Below, in pieces: positions 18,438 through 27,821 of a DNA stretch of 64,000 nucleotides. A model generated the notes under the pieces. The model worked only from the letters and a program-made list of their open reading frames with translations, was not told the origin of the DNA and did not search any database. A program made the translations under genes and the position numbers. This stretch comes from Thermoplasmata archaeon (GTDB lineage: Archaea; Thermoplasmatota; E2; JACPAO01; JAHFTW01): NCBI GenBank assembly GCA_034667725.1, contig JAXDQS010000003.1, positions 224,001-288,000 on the forward strand, written 5' to 3'. The number at the start of each line of letters is the position of its first letter. Within the stretch, counting starts at the first letter, position 1.

Positions 18438-19061
18438 ATGGCCAGTTCCCTGACGCGCGCCACCATCGCCGGTTTGATCGTCGCGGGCGCCTTGGCGGCC
18501 GCCGAGCTGGTCGCGGTCGTGATCCTCAAGCTCCGCGAGCCCGGCATGGGCGACTTCTTCTCCGGCAGCTTCGGGCTGTACGCCTCGTTCGCGAGCATGT
18601 TCAGCATCCTGTCGATGGGCAACCCGCTGGCAAGCGCTGCCATCGGCCTCGCGGCGGGGCGGGGCTCCAACTCGATGGGGACGGCGGCCGCCGCCGGCGC
18701 CATCGCGGGCGCGGCCGGCTACATCGGCATGGTCCTCGTTAGCTTCCTCTCCATCACCGTGTTCTTCGACGGCGGCAGCGCCATCTGGGACTCCTACGGC
18801 GACACCTTCTGGAACCTGCCCGTCGCCGCCGTCGCCGCCTGCCTCGCCGCCGTCGGCATGGCCTACGCCCGCTCCCCGTCCGCGCCAGCCCCCGCCCCGG
18901 CCTTCGCCAGCTACGGGCAGCCGGCCGCCTCCACCGCGGCCCCCGCCATCACCACCGGCCCCGTGTCGTCGCGCCGCGTCAAGTGCCCCCGCTGCGCCAA
19001 CATCATCACGGTCGCCCCCGGCCAGCGCCCCTCCTGCGACAAGTGCGGCCTGACGTCGTAG
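18438..19061 (+). CDS. membrane protein with C-terminal zinc ribbon
   Basis: About 4 TM segments, Ala/Pro linker, CPRC...CDKC. Confidence 0.7.
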   Translation: MASSLTRATIAGLIVAGALAAAELVAVVILKLREPGMGDFFSGSFGLYASFASMFSILSMGNPLASAAIGLAAGRGSNSMGTAAAAGAIAGAAGYIGMVLVSFLSITVFFDGGSAIWDSYGDTFWNLPVAAVAACLAAVGMAYARSPSAPAPAPAFASYGQPAASTAAPAITTGPVSSRRVKCPRCANIITVAPGQRPSCDKCGLTS

Positions 19062-19103
19062 CGGCTCACAACCTCTTTGAAGCGCCCCAGGAGTGTTCCG
19101 GCC

Positions 19104-19958
19104 GTGGCGGACACCCAGCGCTACGTCGCCATCGGTCTCCTGGCCGCCGCCCTCGTGGCCGGCGCCGTCGTGCTCTTCATCCCCGAGGACGGCACCAGCC
19201 TGCTCGACCAGGCCGGGCACTTCGGCGACCTGTTCGAGCCGAACGCCGTCCCCGGCATCCTGGTGCTCACCTCCTTGCTGGCCCCGCTGTTCGCGCTCGG
19301 CGGCCTCGGGCTTGCCTTCCTGCGCAAAGGCCTCGGCTTCGTGCTCGGCCTGCTGGCCGGCCTCGCCCACGCCAACGTCGTCGCCTTGATCCTGGTCAAC
19401 GACGGCGGCAAGCTGTTCCTCACGAGCGCCGGCACCCCGTTCTACCTGCTGTGCGCCGCCTCGGTGCTCGGGGTCGGCGCCGGCATCGTCGGCATGCTCG
19501 CCCCGCCCGCCGCCCCCGTCAAGAAGCGCTCCGACGTCGTGCTGCCCCCCTCCCCGGTGCTGTCGGCGGAGAACCCGAACGCCTTCAACCCGCTCGCCAG
19601 CCGCGAGCCCCGCCCCTTCAAGCCCGACCCGCCGCGCGAGTTCCGCGAGTTCCAGGTCACGACCCGCCCGCCCGGCGCCCCCGACGCCCCGCCCGCCCAG
19701 GAGATGAGCAGCTGGGACGAGATTCCCGACGAGCCCGCCAAGCCGGCCGCCGCCCCGGCGCCCCCGGCGAAGCCGGCCGGGCTGCCGGTCGCGAAGCCGG
19801 CACCCAAGCCGGCGGCGGCCCCGGCTGCGAAGCCCGCTGCGGCCGCGCCGCTCGCCAAGCAGGCGGCGGCGCCCGCCGCAAAGCCGGCGGCGTCCAAACC
19901 GGCGGCTCCGGCCGGCCCGGCGAAGCCGGCCGCCAAGCCCCCGGCGAAGCAGGCCTAG
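19104..19958 (+). CDS. membrane protein with long Pro/Ala/Lys (PAKP) low-complexity tail
   Basis: 4 TM segments then a disordered tail with repeated AKPA units. Confidence 0.7.
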   Translation: MADTQRYVAIGLLAAALVAGAVVLFIPEDGTSLLDQAGHFGDLFEPNAVPGILVLTSLLAPLFALGGLGLAFLRKGLGFVLGLLAGLAHANVVALILVNDGGKLFLTSAGTPFYLLCAASVLGVGAGIVGMLAPPAAPVKKRSDVVLPPSPVLSAENPNAFNPLASREPRPFKPDPPREFREFQVTTRPPGAPDAPPAQEMSSWDEIPDEPAKPAAAPAPPAKPAGLPVAKPAPKPAAAPAAKPAAAAPLAKQAAAPAAKPAASKPAAPAGPAKPAAKPPAKQA

Positions 19959-19978
19959 GTCAAAGGCCGAGCCGGGCA

Positions 19979-20070
19979 GGGTTCGACTTCGAGAGGAGGC
20001 GCTTCGGGGCCGCGGCCAGCCTGTTTTGTCTTTCATGCCGTCGAGGGGGGAACATAACGACACCATGGTC
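19979..20070 (-). pseudogene. decayed remnant of the CoA-binding protein gene 5' end and its upstream region
   Basis: 19979-20005 matches 22312-22338 at 26/27 nt and ~20024-20070 matches ~22388-22434. The rest of the gene is deleted. Confidence 0.75.
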
Positions 20071-20159
20071 GCCATTAGCCAAAGGGTCTATCCAAGGCCA
20101 GGGGGTTTGCGCGCGTTCCTGGCCATCGACGCCGGGAAAGGACCCAGGAGAAAACCCCA

Positions 20160-21785
20160 ATGGAACGACACGAACCCTTGGCCGGCGACACAAGCCGGCC
20201 CCGACCCCTCTTCCTGGCGCTGGCCGTGATGCTGGCGCTCGCGCCCTTCGTGGTCGCGGACCCCATCACCATCACGCTGGCGCCGACCCAGTGCAGCGAC
20301 CAGGTGGACAACGACGGCGACCGCAACACGGACTTCCCGCTCGACCTCGGCTGCACCGACCCGCTCGACAACGACGAGTCCAGCGAAGGCACGCCGCCCA
20401 CGCCCGAGTGTTCCGACGGCAAGGACAACGACGGCAACTACGTTGCCGACTGGCCCAACGACGCTGGCTGCCGCACCCCGCTTGACCAGGACGAGTCCTT
20501 CGACCCGATCCTGCCCTGCGGCGTCCAGATCGCCCTCACTTTCAACGGCGCCGGCGACAGCCCCGACAGCGAGCAGACGCCCCCGGCGACCTCGCCCCTT
20601 TGCATCCTGCCCACGCAGGGCCAGTGCTCGGACGGCGCCGACAACGACGAGGACGGGCGCGCCGACTGGCCCAGCGACCCCATGTGCACGGGCCCCGCCG
20701 ACGACTACGAAGGCGGCGAGCCCCAGTGCTCCGACAACAAGGACAACGACGCGGACTACATGAAGGACATGTCCGACCCCGACTGCGACTCCCCGGAGGA
20801 CGACTCCGAGGATCCCGTCCCGCAGTGCCGCGACGGCCTCGACAACGATGCCGACGGCGACTTCGACTACCCGATGGACGGTGGCTGCGAGCACCCCGAC
20901 GACGGCAGCGAGGACCCGCAGTTCGAGTGCAGCGACCGCAAGGACAACGACGGCGACGGCAAGGTCGACGGCGCCGACACCGGCTGCGACGGCCCCGAGG
21001 ACAACACCGAGAACCCCAACCCGCGCTGCTCCGACGGCCTCGACAACGACCGCGACGGCCGCACGGACTACCCGGCCGACCCCGAGTGCTCCGACGAGCG
21101 CACCGACGACGAGGGCCCCTCGCCCGAGTGCGTCGATGGCATGGACAACGACGTCAACGGCAAGTTCGACTACCCGGACGACGCGGGCTGCAGCGGCCCG
21201 ACGGACGACGACGAGAGCGGGCCCGCCTGCTCCGACGGCACGGACAACGACCGCGACGGCAAGACCGACTACCCGGCCGACCCCGGCTGCGACTCGGCGC
21301 TGGACGACGCGGAGAACCCAGACCCGCAGTGCGGCGACGGCATCGACAACGACGGCGACCGCCGCGTCGACTACCCGGACGACCCCGGCTGCGACGACGC
21401 CCACGACGAGACCGAAGACCCCGACAGCGACGTGGTCCCGGCCGGCGGCAGCTTCAGCAAGAGCAGCCCCAGCGGCCCGATCTCGTTCACGCCCGACTCG
21501 GGCGCGCGCTGCGACGTGACGTCCACCTCGACGGACATCTACATCACGTGCCACGCGGCTGGCTCGGCCATCTGCGCGAACCCTGGGTTCGTGGCATACT
21601 CCTCCAACGGAGGCGGCATGTCCGTGACGGGCAAGTGCGATACCTCGCGGACCCTCACGGCCACGAGCCCATCGGGCAGCAACTATGACTACCAGGGCGG
21701 GAACTTCCGGTTCCCCTTCACCTGCCACGGGCACTACGACGCGGGCGCCACCGGTTACGGCACCTGCCACGCCCCGGACCCGTAA
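20160..21785 (+). CDS. secreted Ca-binding repeat protein (10 x C-x-D-x-x-DND-x-D...D-x-x-C repeats), paralog 1
   Basis: Signal peptide; 10 acidic Cys-bracketed repeats (thrombospondin-3/MopE-repeat-like); ~115-aa C-terminal domain with 6 Cys; no TM anchor. Confidence 0.85.
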   Translation: MERHEPLAGDTSRPRPLFLALAVMLALAPFVVADPITITLAPTQCSDQVDNDGDRNTDFPLDLGCTDPLDNDESSEGTPPTPECSDGKDNDGNYVADWPNDAGCRTPLDQDESFDPILPCGVQIALTFNGAGDSPDSEQTPPATSPLCILPTQGQCSDGADNDEDGRADWPSDPMCTGPADDYEGGEPQCSDNKDNDADYMKDMSDPDCDSPEDDSEDPVPQCRDGLDNDADGDFDYPMDGGCEHPDDGSEDPQFECSDRKDNDGDGKVDGADTGCDGPEDNTENPNPRCSDGLDNDRDGRTDYPADPECSDERTDDEGPSPECVDGMDNDVNGKFDYPDDAGCSGPTDDDESGPACSDGTDNDRDGKTDYPADPGCDSALDDAENPDPQCGDGIDNDGDRRVDYPDDPGCDDAHDETEDPDSDVVPAGGSFSKSSPSGPISFTPDSGARCDVTSTSTDIYITCHAAGSAICANPGFVAYSSNGGGMSVTGKCDTSRTLTATSPSGSNYDYQGGNFRFPFTCHGHYDAGATGYGTCHAPDP

Positions 21786-21830
21786 AGCCCAGACAAGCGC
21801 CTCTTCCCCTCTTTCCCTCTTTTCCGTGAC

Positions 21831-21876
21831 GGCCTCCAAGCCGGCGGCTCCGGCCGGCCCGGCGAAGCAGGCCTAG
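21831..21876 (+). repeat. duplicated 3' end of the PAKP-tail gene (duplication junction)
   Basis: Encodes ASKPAAPAGPAKQA*, a copy of ~19889-19958 lacking one 24-nt unit. Confidence 0.75.
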
Positions 21877-21947
21877 AGCCCTAGCCGCGCGATCTCGCGC
21901 GCACGGGCCGCTGCGCGACCCGCGGCGACAAGCTTGCGCACTGGGCG

Positions 21948-22370
21948 CTAGAGGCCCAGGCGCGCAATCTCGATCTTGATGCACCGGTCCACGACCACGT
22001 CGAGGCCGGCCTTGAGGGCGCGGTCGATGGCGGCCGGGTTGACGACGCCGAGCTGGAACCAGACGGCCTTGGCGCCGACGGCGATGGCCTCCTCAACGAC
22101 GGGGCCGACCTGGTCGGGGGCGCGGAACACGTCCACGGTGTGCACGGGGCCTTTCTGGGCGGCGGCCTTGAGGTCGGGCACCGTCGGGATGCCTTGGACC
22201 GACGGGGTCACCGGGTTCACGGGCAGCACCTGGTAGCCGCGCCGCTGCAGGTCCTGGAAGACCCGGTTGGAGTCGCGCGCCGGGTTGTCCGAGGCGCCCA
22301 CCATGGCGATGGGGTTCGACTTCGACAGGAGGCGCTTCATGGCCGCGTCGTCGTGGGTGAGGTCGGGCAC
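21948..22370 (-). CDS. CoA-binding protein (YccU-like)
   Basis: IAMVGAS.NP.R.S, GY.V.PVNP, VDVFR, VWFQLG, VVVDRC. Confidence 0.88.
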   Translation of the reverse strand: MPDLTHDDAAMKRLLSKSNPIAMVGASDNPARDSNRVFQDLQRRGYQVLPVNPVTPSVQGIPTVPDLKAAAQKGPVHTVDVFRAPDQVGPVVEEAIAVGAKAVWFQLGVVNPAAIDRALKAGLDVVVDRCIKIEIARLGL

Positions 22371-22503
22371 GGCTGCGCCCAGCCGGGATTCGTCTTTAAT
22401 GCCGTCGTGGGGGGAACAAAGCGACGCCATGGTCTATGGGGGGCGGTTCGGTTCCCGCGCGTTCCTGGCCCTGGCGCCAGGAAAGGACCCAGGAGAAAAC
22501 CCG

Positions 22504-24120
22504 ATGCAACGACACGAACCCTTGGCCGGCGACGCAAGCCGGCCCCGCCCCCTCTTCCTGGCGCTGGCCGTGATGCTGGCGCTCGCGCCCTTCGTGATGG
22601 CCGACCCGATCGGGGTCCCCACCGTGCGCGTCCCGACCCAATGTAGCGACCTCGCCGACAACGACGGCGACGGGAACATGGACTTCCCGCTCGACCTCGG
22701 CTGCACCGACCCGCTCGACGACGACGAGTCCAGCGAAGGCACGCCGCCCACGCCCGAGTGTTCCGACGGCGTCGACAACGACGGCAACGGCGCCCGCGAC
22801 TTCCCCGACGACAACGGCTGCCGCACCCCGCTCGACCAGGACGAGTCGTTCGACCCCGTCCTGCCCTGCGGCGGCCAGGAAGGCCAGGCCATCAACCTGC
22901 AGAACTTCGAATTCATCCTGACGCTGCCCAACTTGTCTTGCCTGCAGCCCAGCGAAGGCCAGTGCTCCGACCACGCCGACAACGACGGCGACGGCCGCAC
23001 CGACTTCCCCGAGGACCCGAGCTGCACCGGCCCCGCCGACGACGACGAGGGCGGCGACCGCCAGTGCGACGACGGCAAGGACAACGACGGCGACGGCCGC
23101 AAGGACATGGCGGACCCGAAGTGCGACGGCCCGTCCGACGATTCGGAGGACTACGTGCCCGAGTGCAGCGACGGCTTCGACAACGACTTCGACGGCAAGC
23201 CCGACTTCCCGCACGACGGCGGCTGCCGCAGCCCCGACGACGGCAGCGAGGGCCCCGACACCGAGTGCAACGACCGCATGGACAACGACGGCGACGGCCG
23301 CTTCGACTTCCCTGACGACCCCGCCTGCGACTCGCCCGAGGACCGCGCCGAGGACGACGACCCCCGCTGCGGCGACCGCGTGGATAACGACGGCGACGGC
23401 AAGGCCGACTACCCCGCCGACCCCGACTGCACCAGCGAGTGGGACGACGACGAGGGCATGCCGATGGAGTGCTCCGACGGCTTCGACAACGACGGCAACG
23501 GCCCCGCGGACTTCCCGTCCGACCCCGGCTGCGACAGCCCCTCGGACGACAGCGAGAGCTCGGGCGCCTGCAGCGACGGCACCGACAACGACCGCGACGG
23601 CCGCACCGACGCGGCCGACCCCGGCTGCGACTCGCCCACCGACGACACCGAGAACGGCGATCCGCAGTGCGGCGACGGCTACGACAACGACGGCGACGGC
23701 CGCACCGACTACCCGTCGGACCCCGGCTGCGACGACGCCCACGACGAGACCGAGGACCCGGACAGCGACGTGGTCCCCGCCGGCGGCAGCTTCAGCAAGA
23801 GCTCCGCCAGCGGGCCGATCACCTTCACGGAGGACTATGGCGCCCGCTGCGACTGGAGCGCCACCGCCACCGACCTGACGGTGACCTGCTACGCCTCGTC
23901 GTCCGCCATCTGCGAGAACCCCGGCTTCGTGGTCTGGAGCGACTCGTCCGCGGTCGTCTCGACCCAGGGCCAGTGCACCAGCTCGCGCCTGCTGTCGGCC
24001 TCCAGCGCCGGCATGTCGTACGACTACCAGGCGGGGAACTTCGGGTTCCCCTTCACCTGCACGGCGCACTTCGACGCCGCGGCCACCGGCGGCGGCATCT
24101 GCCACGCGCCGGACCCGTAG
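22504..24120 (+). CDS. secreted Ca-binding repeat protein, paralog 2
   Basis: Near-identical leader and signal peptide and the same 10-repeat + 6-Cys C-domain architecture as 20160..21785. Confidence 0.85.
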   Translation: MQRHEPLAGDASRPRPLFLALAVMLALAPFVMADPIGVPTVRVPTQCSDLADNDGDGNMDFPLDLGCTDPLDDDESSEGTPPTPECSDGVDNDGNGARDFPDDNGCRTPLDQDESFDPVLPCGGQEGQAINLQNFEFILTLPNLSCLQPSEGQCSDHADNDGDGRTDFPEDPSCTGPADDDEGGDRQCDDGKDNDGDGRKDMADPKCDGPSDDSEDYVPECSDGFDNDFDGKPDFPHDGGCRSPDDGSEGPDTECNDRMDNDGDGRFDFPDDPACDSPEDRAEDDDPRCGDRVDNDGDGKADYPADPDCTSEWDDDEGMPMECSDGFDNDGNGPADFPSDPGCDSPSDDSESSGACSDGTDNDRDGRTDAADPGCDSPTDDTENGDPQCGDGYDNDGDGRTDYPSDPGCDDAHDETEDPDSDVVPAGGSFSKSSASGPITFTEDYGARCDWSATATDLTVTCYASSSAICENPGFVVWSDSSAVVSTQGQCTSSRLLSASSAGMSYDYQAGNFGFPFTCTAHFDAAATGGGICHAPDP

Positions 24121-24212
24121 TCCCTCGGACGGCTCCTTCCCCCCTCTTTCCCTCCTCCCGCGCTTCTGCCGGGCACCGCCGTGCTTTCAAACAGGGAGCC
24201 CGTCGCCTTGCC

Positions 24213-25271
24213 GTGGACCCCGGCGAGAAGCTCAAGCACATGGTGTTCCCGCGCCACGTGCTGGTGGGCACGCGCGCGCTCGACCGCCTGGGCGACACCG
24301 TCTCCGACCTGGAGCTGGACCCGACCGGCGTCGTCGTGGTCGACGCCAACACCCGTCGCCTGGTGGGCGACCGCGTGCTGCGGAGCCTGGAAGGGTCGGG
24401 CTTCGTGCCGCACTTCTACGAGTCCACCGGCGCCACCATGAAGTCGGTGCAGGCCTGCATGAGGCTCGGCAAGAAGGTGGGCGCATCGTGGTACATCGGC
24501 GCCGGCGGCGGCTCGGTCATCGACGTCGCCAAGCTCGCGGCCCACCAGCACGGCCCAGCGTTCGTGTCGGCGCCCACCTCCGCCTCGCACGACGGCATCT
24601 GCTCCGGCCGCGCCAGCATCAAGGAGAACCGCGGCAGCGTCAGCCTGGAGGCCAAGCCGCCCGCGGCCATCGTCGCCGACACCGAGATCATCGCCAAGGC
24701 GCCCTACCGGATGCTCGCAGCCGGCTGCGCCGACGTCATCTCCAACCTCACCGCCGTCCTGGACTGGAAGCTGGCGCACCGCCTCAAGGCCGAGGAGTAC
24801 TCCTCGTTCGCCGCCGTCCTTGCCCGCACCGCCGCCGAGCAGGTCGTCGAGAACACCGCCATCATCCGCCCCGGCATCGAGGAGGCCTGCTGGCTCGTCG
24901 TCAAGTCGCTGGTGGTCTCGGGCGTCAGCATGGCCGTCGCGGGCAGCAGCCGCCCCGCCTCCGGCGCCGAGCACCTCTTTGGCCACGCCATCGACCGCCT
25001 CAGCCCCGGCCCCATGCACGGCGAGGTCGTCGGCGTCGGCAGCATCCTCACCATGAACCTGCACGGCGGCGACTGGGAGTCCATCCGCAACGCCTTGCGC
25101 GAGGTCGGCGCCCCCACCACGGCCAAGGAGCTCGGCGTGCCGCCCAAGAAGGTCATCGAGGCGCTCATGACCTGCCACAAGATCCGGCCGGAGCGCTACA
25201 CCATCCTGGGCGAGTCGGGCCTCACCAAGGAAGCCGCGACCCGGGTGTGCAAGGTCACGGGCGTCTGCTAG
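24213..25271 (+). CDS. egsA: glycerol-1-phosphate dehydrogenase [NAD(P)+]
   Basis: GAGGGSVIDVAK, PTSASHDGI.S, SSRPASGAEH.F.HA.D, HGE.VG, IRPERYTILG. Confidence 0.93.
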   Translation: MDPGEKLKHMVFPRHVLVGTRALDRLGDTVSDLELDPTGVVVVDANTRRLVGDRVLRSLEGSGFVPHFYESTGATMKSVQACMRLGKKVGASWYIGAGGGSVIDVAKLAAHQHGPAFVSAPTSASHDGICSGRASIKENRGSVSLEAKPPAAIVADTEIIAKAPYRMLAAGCADVISNLTAVLDWKLAHRLKAEEYSSFAAVLARTAAEQVVENTAIIRPGIEEACWLVVKSLVVSGVSMAVAGSSRPASGAEHLFGHAIDRLSPGPMHGEVVGVGSILTMNLHGGDWESIRNALREVGAPTTAKELGVPPKKVIEALMTCHKIRPERYTILGESGLTKEAATRVCKVTGVC

Positions 25272-25287
25272 CGCTCCTCCTCAACTG

Positions 25288-25340
25288 GACACAGATTCCA
25301 CAGAACCTGCCCAAAAAAGACGGTCTGTGGAATCTGGGTC
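25288..25340. repeat. REP-like palindrome (CAGATTCCACAGA ... TCTGTGGAATCTG)
   Basis: 13-bp perfect arms (25292-25304 / 25324-25336) between convergent genes. Confidence 0.7.
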
Positions 25341-25349
25341 CCGTGAGTG

Positions 25350-26270
25350 TCAGGGGGTCGCGTGGTTGCCGCAGCCGGGGCAGTAGGCCGCACCCGTCGG
25401 GGTCGCCGCTCCGCAGGCCGTGCAGTGGCCGGCCTTGAGCTCGGCGAGGCCGCCGGCGTAGAGCGTCGGCAGCGTGTCGGCGGCGACCCGGATGGCGCAG
25501 CCGATGCCGAGGACGACGGCCGCGAGCACGGTCGTCCACGCCAAGGCGCGGACACCGGTCTCGACGGCCGCGTCGGCGGGGATGGCGCCGAGGTCGTTCC
25601 ACGGTGTCGCGCCGAGGACCTCGAGGCCTTGGCTGGCGGCGGCGACGGCGGCCACCATGACGGCGACCGAGGCCACCAGGCGGGCCAGGCCGTGGCCGCG
25701 GGCACCCAACAGGAGGGCGTGGGCCAGCAGGGCCGCGGAGGCCAGCAGCAGCGCAAGCGGGTGCGGGGGGAGGGTCCAGGCGGCGAGGCTGGCGGCGTCG
25801 TCGAGGGTGGCGACGGTGTGCGCCAGGATGGCGAGGGTGGCCCAGAGCCAGACGCGGGCCTCGCGGCCGAGGTGGCCGGTGAGCCAGGTGCCGGCGGCAA
25901 GCAGGCCGAACAGCGCGGCGGCCAACTCCAGGAGGCCGGTCCATTGGCCGGCGAGGAGCATGCGCAGGCCGAGCCCGCCCACCAGCAGGGCGCCGACCTG
26001 GGCGGCGCGGGCGGTGGCGTCGCCGGAGCCGGTGCGGCCGAGGATGCCGGCGGCCTGGAGCAGGCGGACGGCCAAGAGGACGGCGAGGACCGCGAGGGCG
26101 GCGTCAAGCACGAAGGCGCGAACCCCCGTCGAGGGGTCGGTGCCGAAGGCGGCAAGGTCGCGGCTGATCTGCGGGACCAAGGCGATGCCGAACAGGGCGG
26201 TCGCGCCGCCGAAGCCCCAGAGGCCCCAGCGGCCCCAGGCGAAGGCCGGGTTTCCTTGCGGGGAGTGCAT
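25350..26270 (-). CDS. multi-pass membrane protein with C-terminal zinc ribbon
   Basis: About 8 TM segments; CTAC...CPGC. Confidence 0.7.
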   Translation of the reverse strand: MHSPQGNPAFAWGRWGLWGFGGATALFGIALVPQISRDLAAFGTDPSTGVRAFVLDAALAVLAVLLAVRLLQAAGILGRTGSGDATARAAQVGALLVGGLGLRMLLAGQWTGLLELAAALFGLLAAGTWLTGHLGREARVWLWATLAILAHTVATLDDAASLAAWTLPPHPLALLLASAALLAHALLLGARGHGLARLVASVAVMVAAVAAASQGLEVLGATPWNDLGAIPADAAVETGVRALAWTTVLAAVVLGIGCAIRVAADTLPTLYAGGLAELKAGHCTACGAATPTGAAYCPGCGNHATP

Positions 26271-26304
26271 GCCGTTTGGACGCCGGGCGGGGTCTTGGAC
26301 CTTG

Positions 26305-27327
26305 TTACGCGAGAGGCGCCAGCCATCCCTGGGCCAGCCAGAAGAACGCGGCCAGCCCGACGGGGTTCAGCAGGTTGTCCGAGACCGGCACCCAGGCGGG
26401 GGCCACGAGGTCGATGGCGACGAACAGCAACGCGGCCGCGACGGCGAGCGGGACGCCCGTGAACGGCAGGGCGACGACGAAGGCGACGGCAAGGCCGGCC
26501 GCGGTGCCGGCGACCGACTTGCCGGGGCTGTGCGGCCACTTGGCGCGGCCCCAACGGGTGCCGACGAGGGCGCTGGCGGTGTCGGCGAACACCGACACGG
26601 CGATGGTCGCCATGGCGGCGTGCACCAGCGGCTCCCAGCGCTCCGGATCGTGGCCGAGCCACAGCACGGCAAGCGCGGCGCCGACCGCCATGTGCATGTG
26701 CGCCATCACCAGCCCGTGCTCGCGCGGCCGCATCCGCGACTCGAGGATGCGCTTCCACGGATACGGCAAGTCGGGGCGCCACAGGCGGACGACTTCGACG
26801 GGCGCCAGCACCAGCACCAGCACCAGGAACCAGGCGACCACGAGCTGCTGGCCCGCGTGCGCCCACGGCAGCGCGGCCGACGCCGCCAGCTCCGGCTGCA
26901 AGCCCCGCAGCAGCACCGCGACGCCGTGGCCGACGCCGAGGTAGCCCGCCAACGACAACCCCATCGCCAAGTGGGGCAGCTTGCGGCGCTCCTCCTGTCC
27001 CGCCTCGTGGGGCGGATGCAGCCACGCCGGCAAACGGTCGAGCAGCCGCTGGCCGCCGCCGACCGTGAAGACGACCGTTGCGACGGGGGCCACCACGGCC
27101 GCCGCGGCCACGGCCCCGAGGTACGGCAACGGCATGGCGGCGGCACCGTAGGCCCAGACGACGCCGGCGAGCGCCATCAACGCGATCGTGCAGGCCAGGG
27201 TGGACCAACGGTCCGCGAGGCCGCGCCGGAAACCCCGCACCGCGAACGGCGCCAGCAAGAACGCGTGCGCCAACAACGCCGCCACCGCCACGCTCGCGGC
27301 CAACTCGGCGTCAGGGCTTGGGCTCAC
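26305..27327 (-). CDS. dolichol/phytol kinase family (CTP-dependent polyprenol kinase) membrane protein
   Basis: RRK..H, R..E, D..SALVG.R.G, PGKS.AG and SDN motifs. Confidence 0.75.
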   Translation of the reverse strand: MSPSPDAELAASVAVAALLAHAFLLAPFAVRGFRRGLADRWSTLACTIALMALAGVVWAYGAAAMPLPYLGAVAAAAVVAPVATVVFTVGGGQRLLDRLPAWLHPPHEAGQEERRKLPHLAMGLSLAGYLGVGHGVAVLLRGLQPELAASAALPWAHAGQQLVVAWFLVLVLVLAPVEVVRLWRPDLPYPWKRILESRMRPREHGLVMAHMHMAVGAALAVLWLGHDPERWEPLVHAAMATIAVSVFADTASALVGTRWGRAKWPHSPGKSVAGTAAGLAVAFVVALPFTGVPLAVAAALLFVAIDLVAPAWVPVSDNLLNPVGLAAFFWLAQGWLAPLA

Positions 27328-27339
27328 GGCTTGCCGCCC

Positions 27340-27549
27340 TCAGATGTTCTTGTCGCAATAGCCGTTGGTGCCGCCCTCCGGCGTCACCCGCGTGGCCAGC
27401 CAGACCCCGAACGGCGTCACCGCGACCAGCCCAAGTCCCCAGGGCTGCCCCTCGGTGGTGAACATCAGGCCCACGATGCCGACCGTGACCGAGGACAGAA
27501 CGAGGAGCACGGCGCCCAGCTTCCGGAGCCAGTCAAGGGCGGCGCGCAT
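27340..27549 (-). CDS. small 2-TM membrane protein
   Basis: 69 aa from ATG 27549, immediately after tRNA-His. Confidence 0.55.
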   Translation of the reverse strand: MRAALDWLRKLGAVLLVLSSVTVGIVGLMFTTEGQPWGLGLVAVTPFGVWLATRVTPEGGTNGYCDKNI

Positions 27550-27553
27550 GAGG

Positions 27554-27628
27554 GGCCCGGGGAGGGATTCGAACCCTCCACAAGGGAGCCACAATCCCAT
27601 ATGTTAACCAGGCTACACTACCCGGGCC
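27554..27628 (-). tRNA. tRNA-His(GTG)
   Basis: Encoded G-1, GCCCGGG/CCCGGGC acceptor stem with C discriminator, anticodon loop TT-GTG-GC, GTTCGAATC. Confidence 0.93.
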
Positions 27629-27821
27629 ATGCAGTTCGGACGCGCGGCCGAGGGAGGCCGCAGCGCAAGGGTGGCGGCGCGGAACCCCGTTCCATGCCTC
27701 TTGCGCAGGGGCGCCCGACTCGGGCGGGCTTAAAAAAGACGCGCCGGCGCCTTCGGGTCCTGCCGCTTGGAAGCCTGCCCCCTGCGAAGCTTGAAGCCCA
27801 CGACATGCTGGACGGCTTGCA

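Noticed and set aside
20280-23770. CRISPR array or DNA-level repeat array suggested by recurring GACAACGAC
   Set aside because: The repeats are degenerate at synonymous positions and in frame within protein repeats; there are no constant repeats with unique spacers and no cas genes.
20160-24120. Diversity-generating retroelement (TR/VR) explanation for the paralog pair
   Set aside because: No reverse transcriptase in the window, differences are not adenine-specific, and both copies are full genes within a larger tandem duplication.
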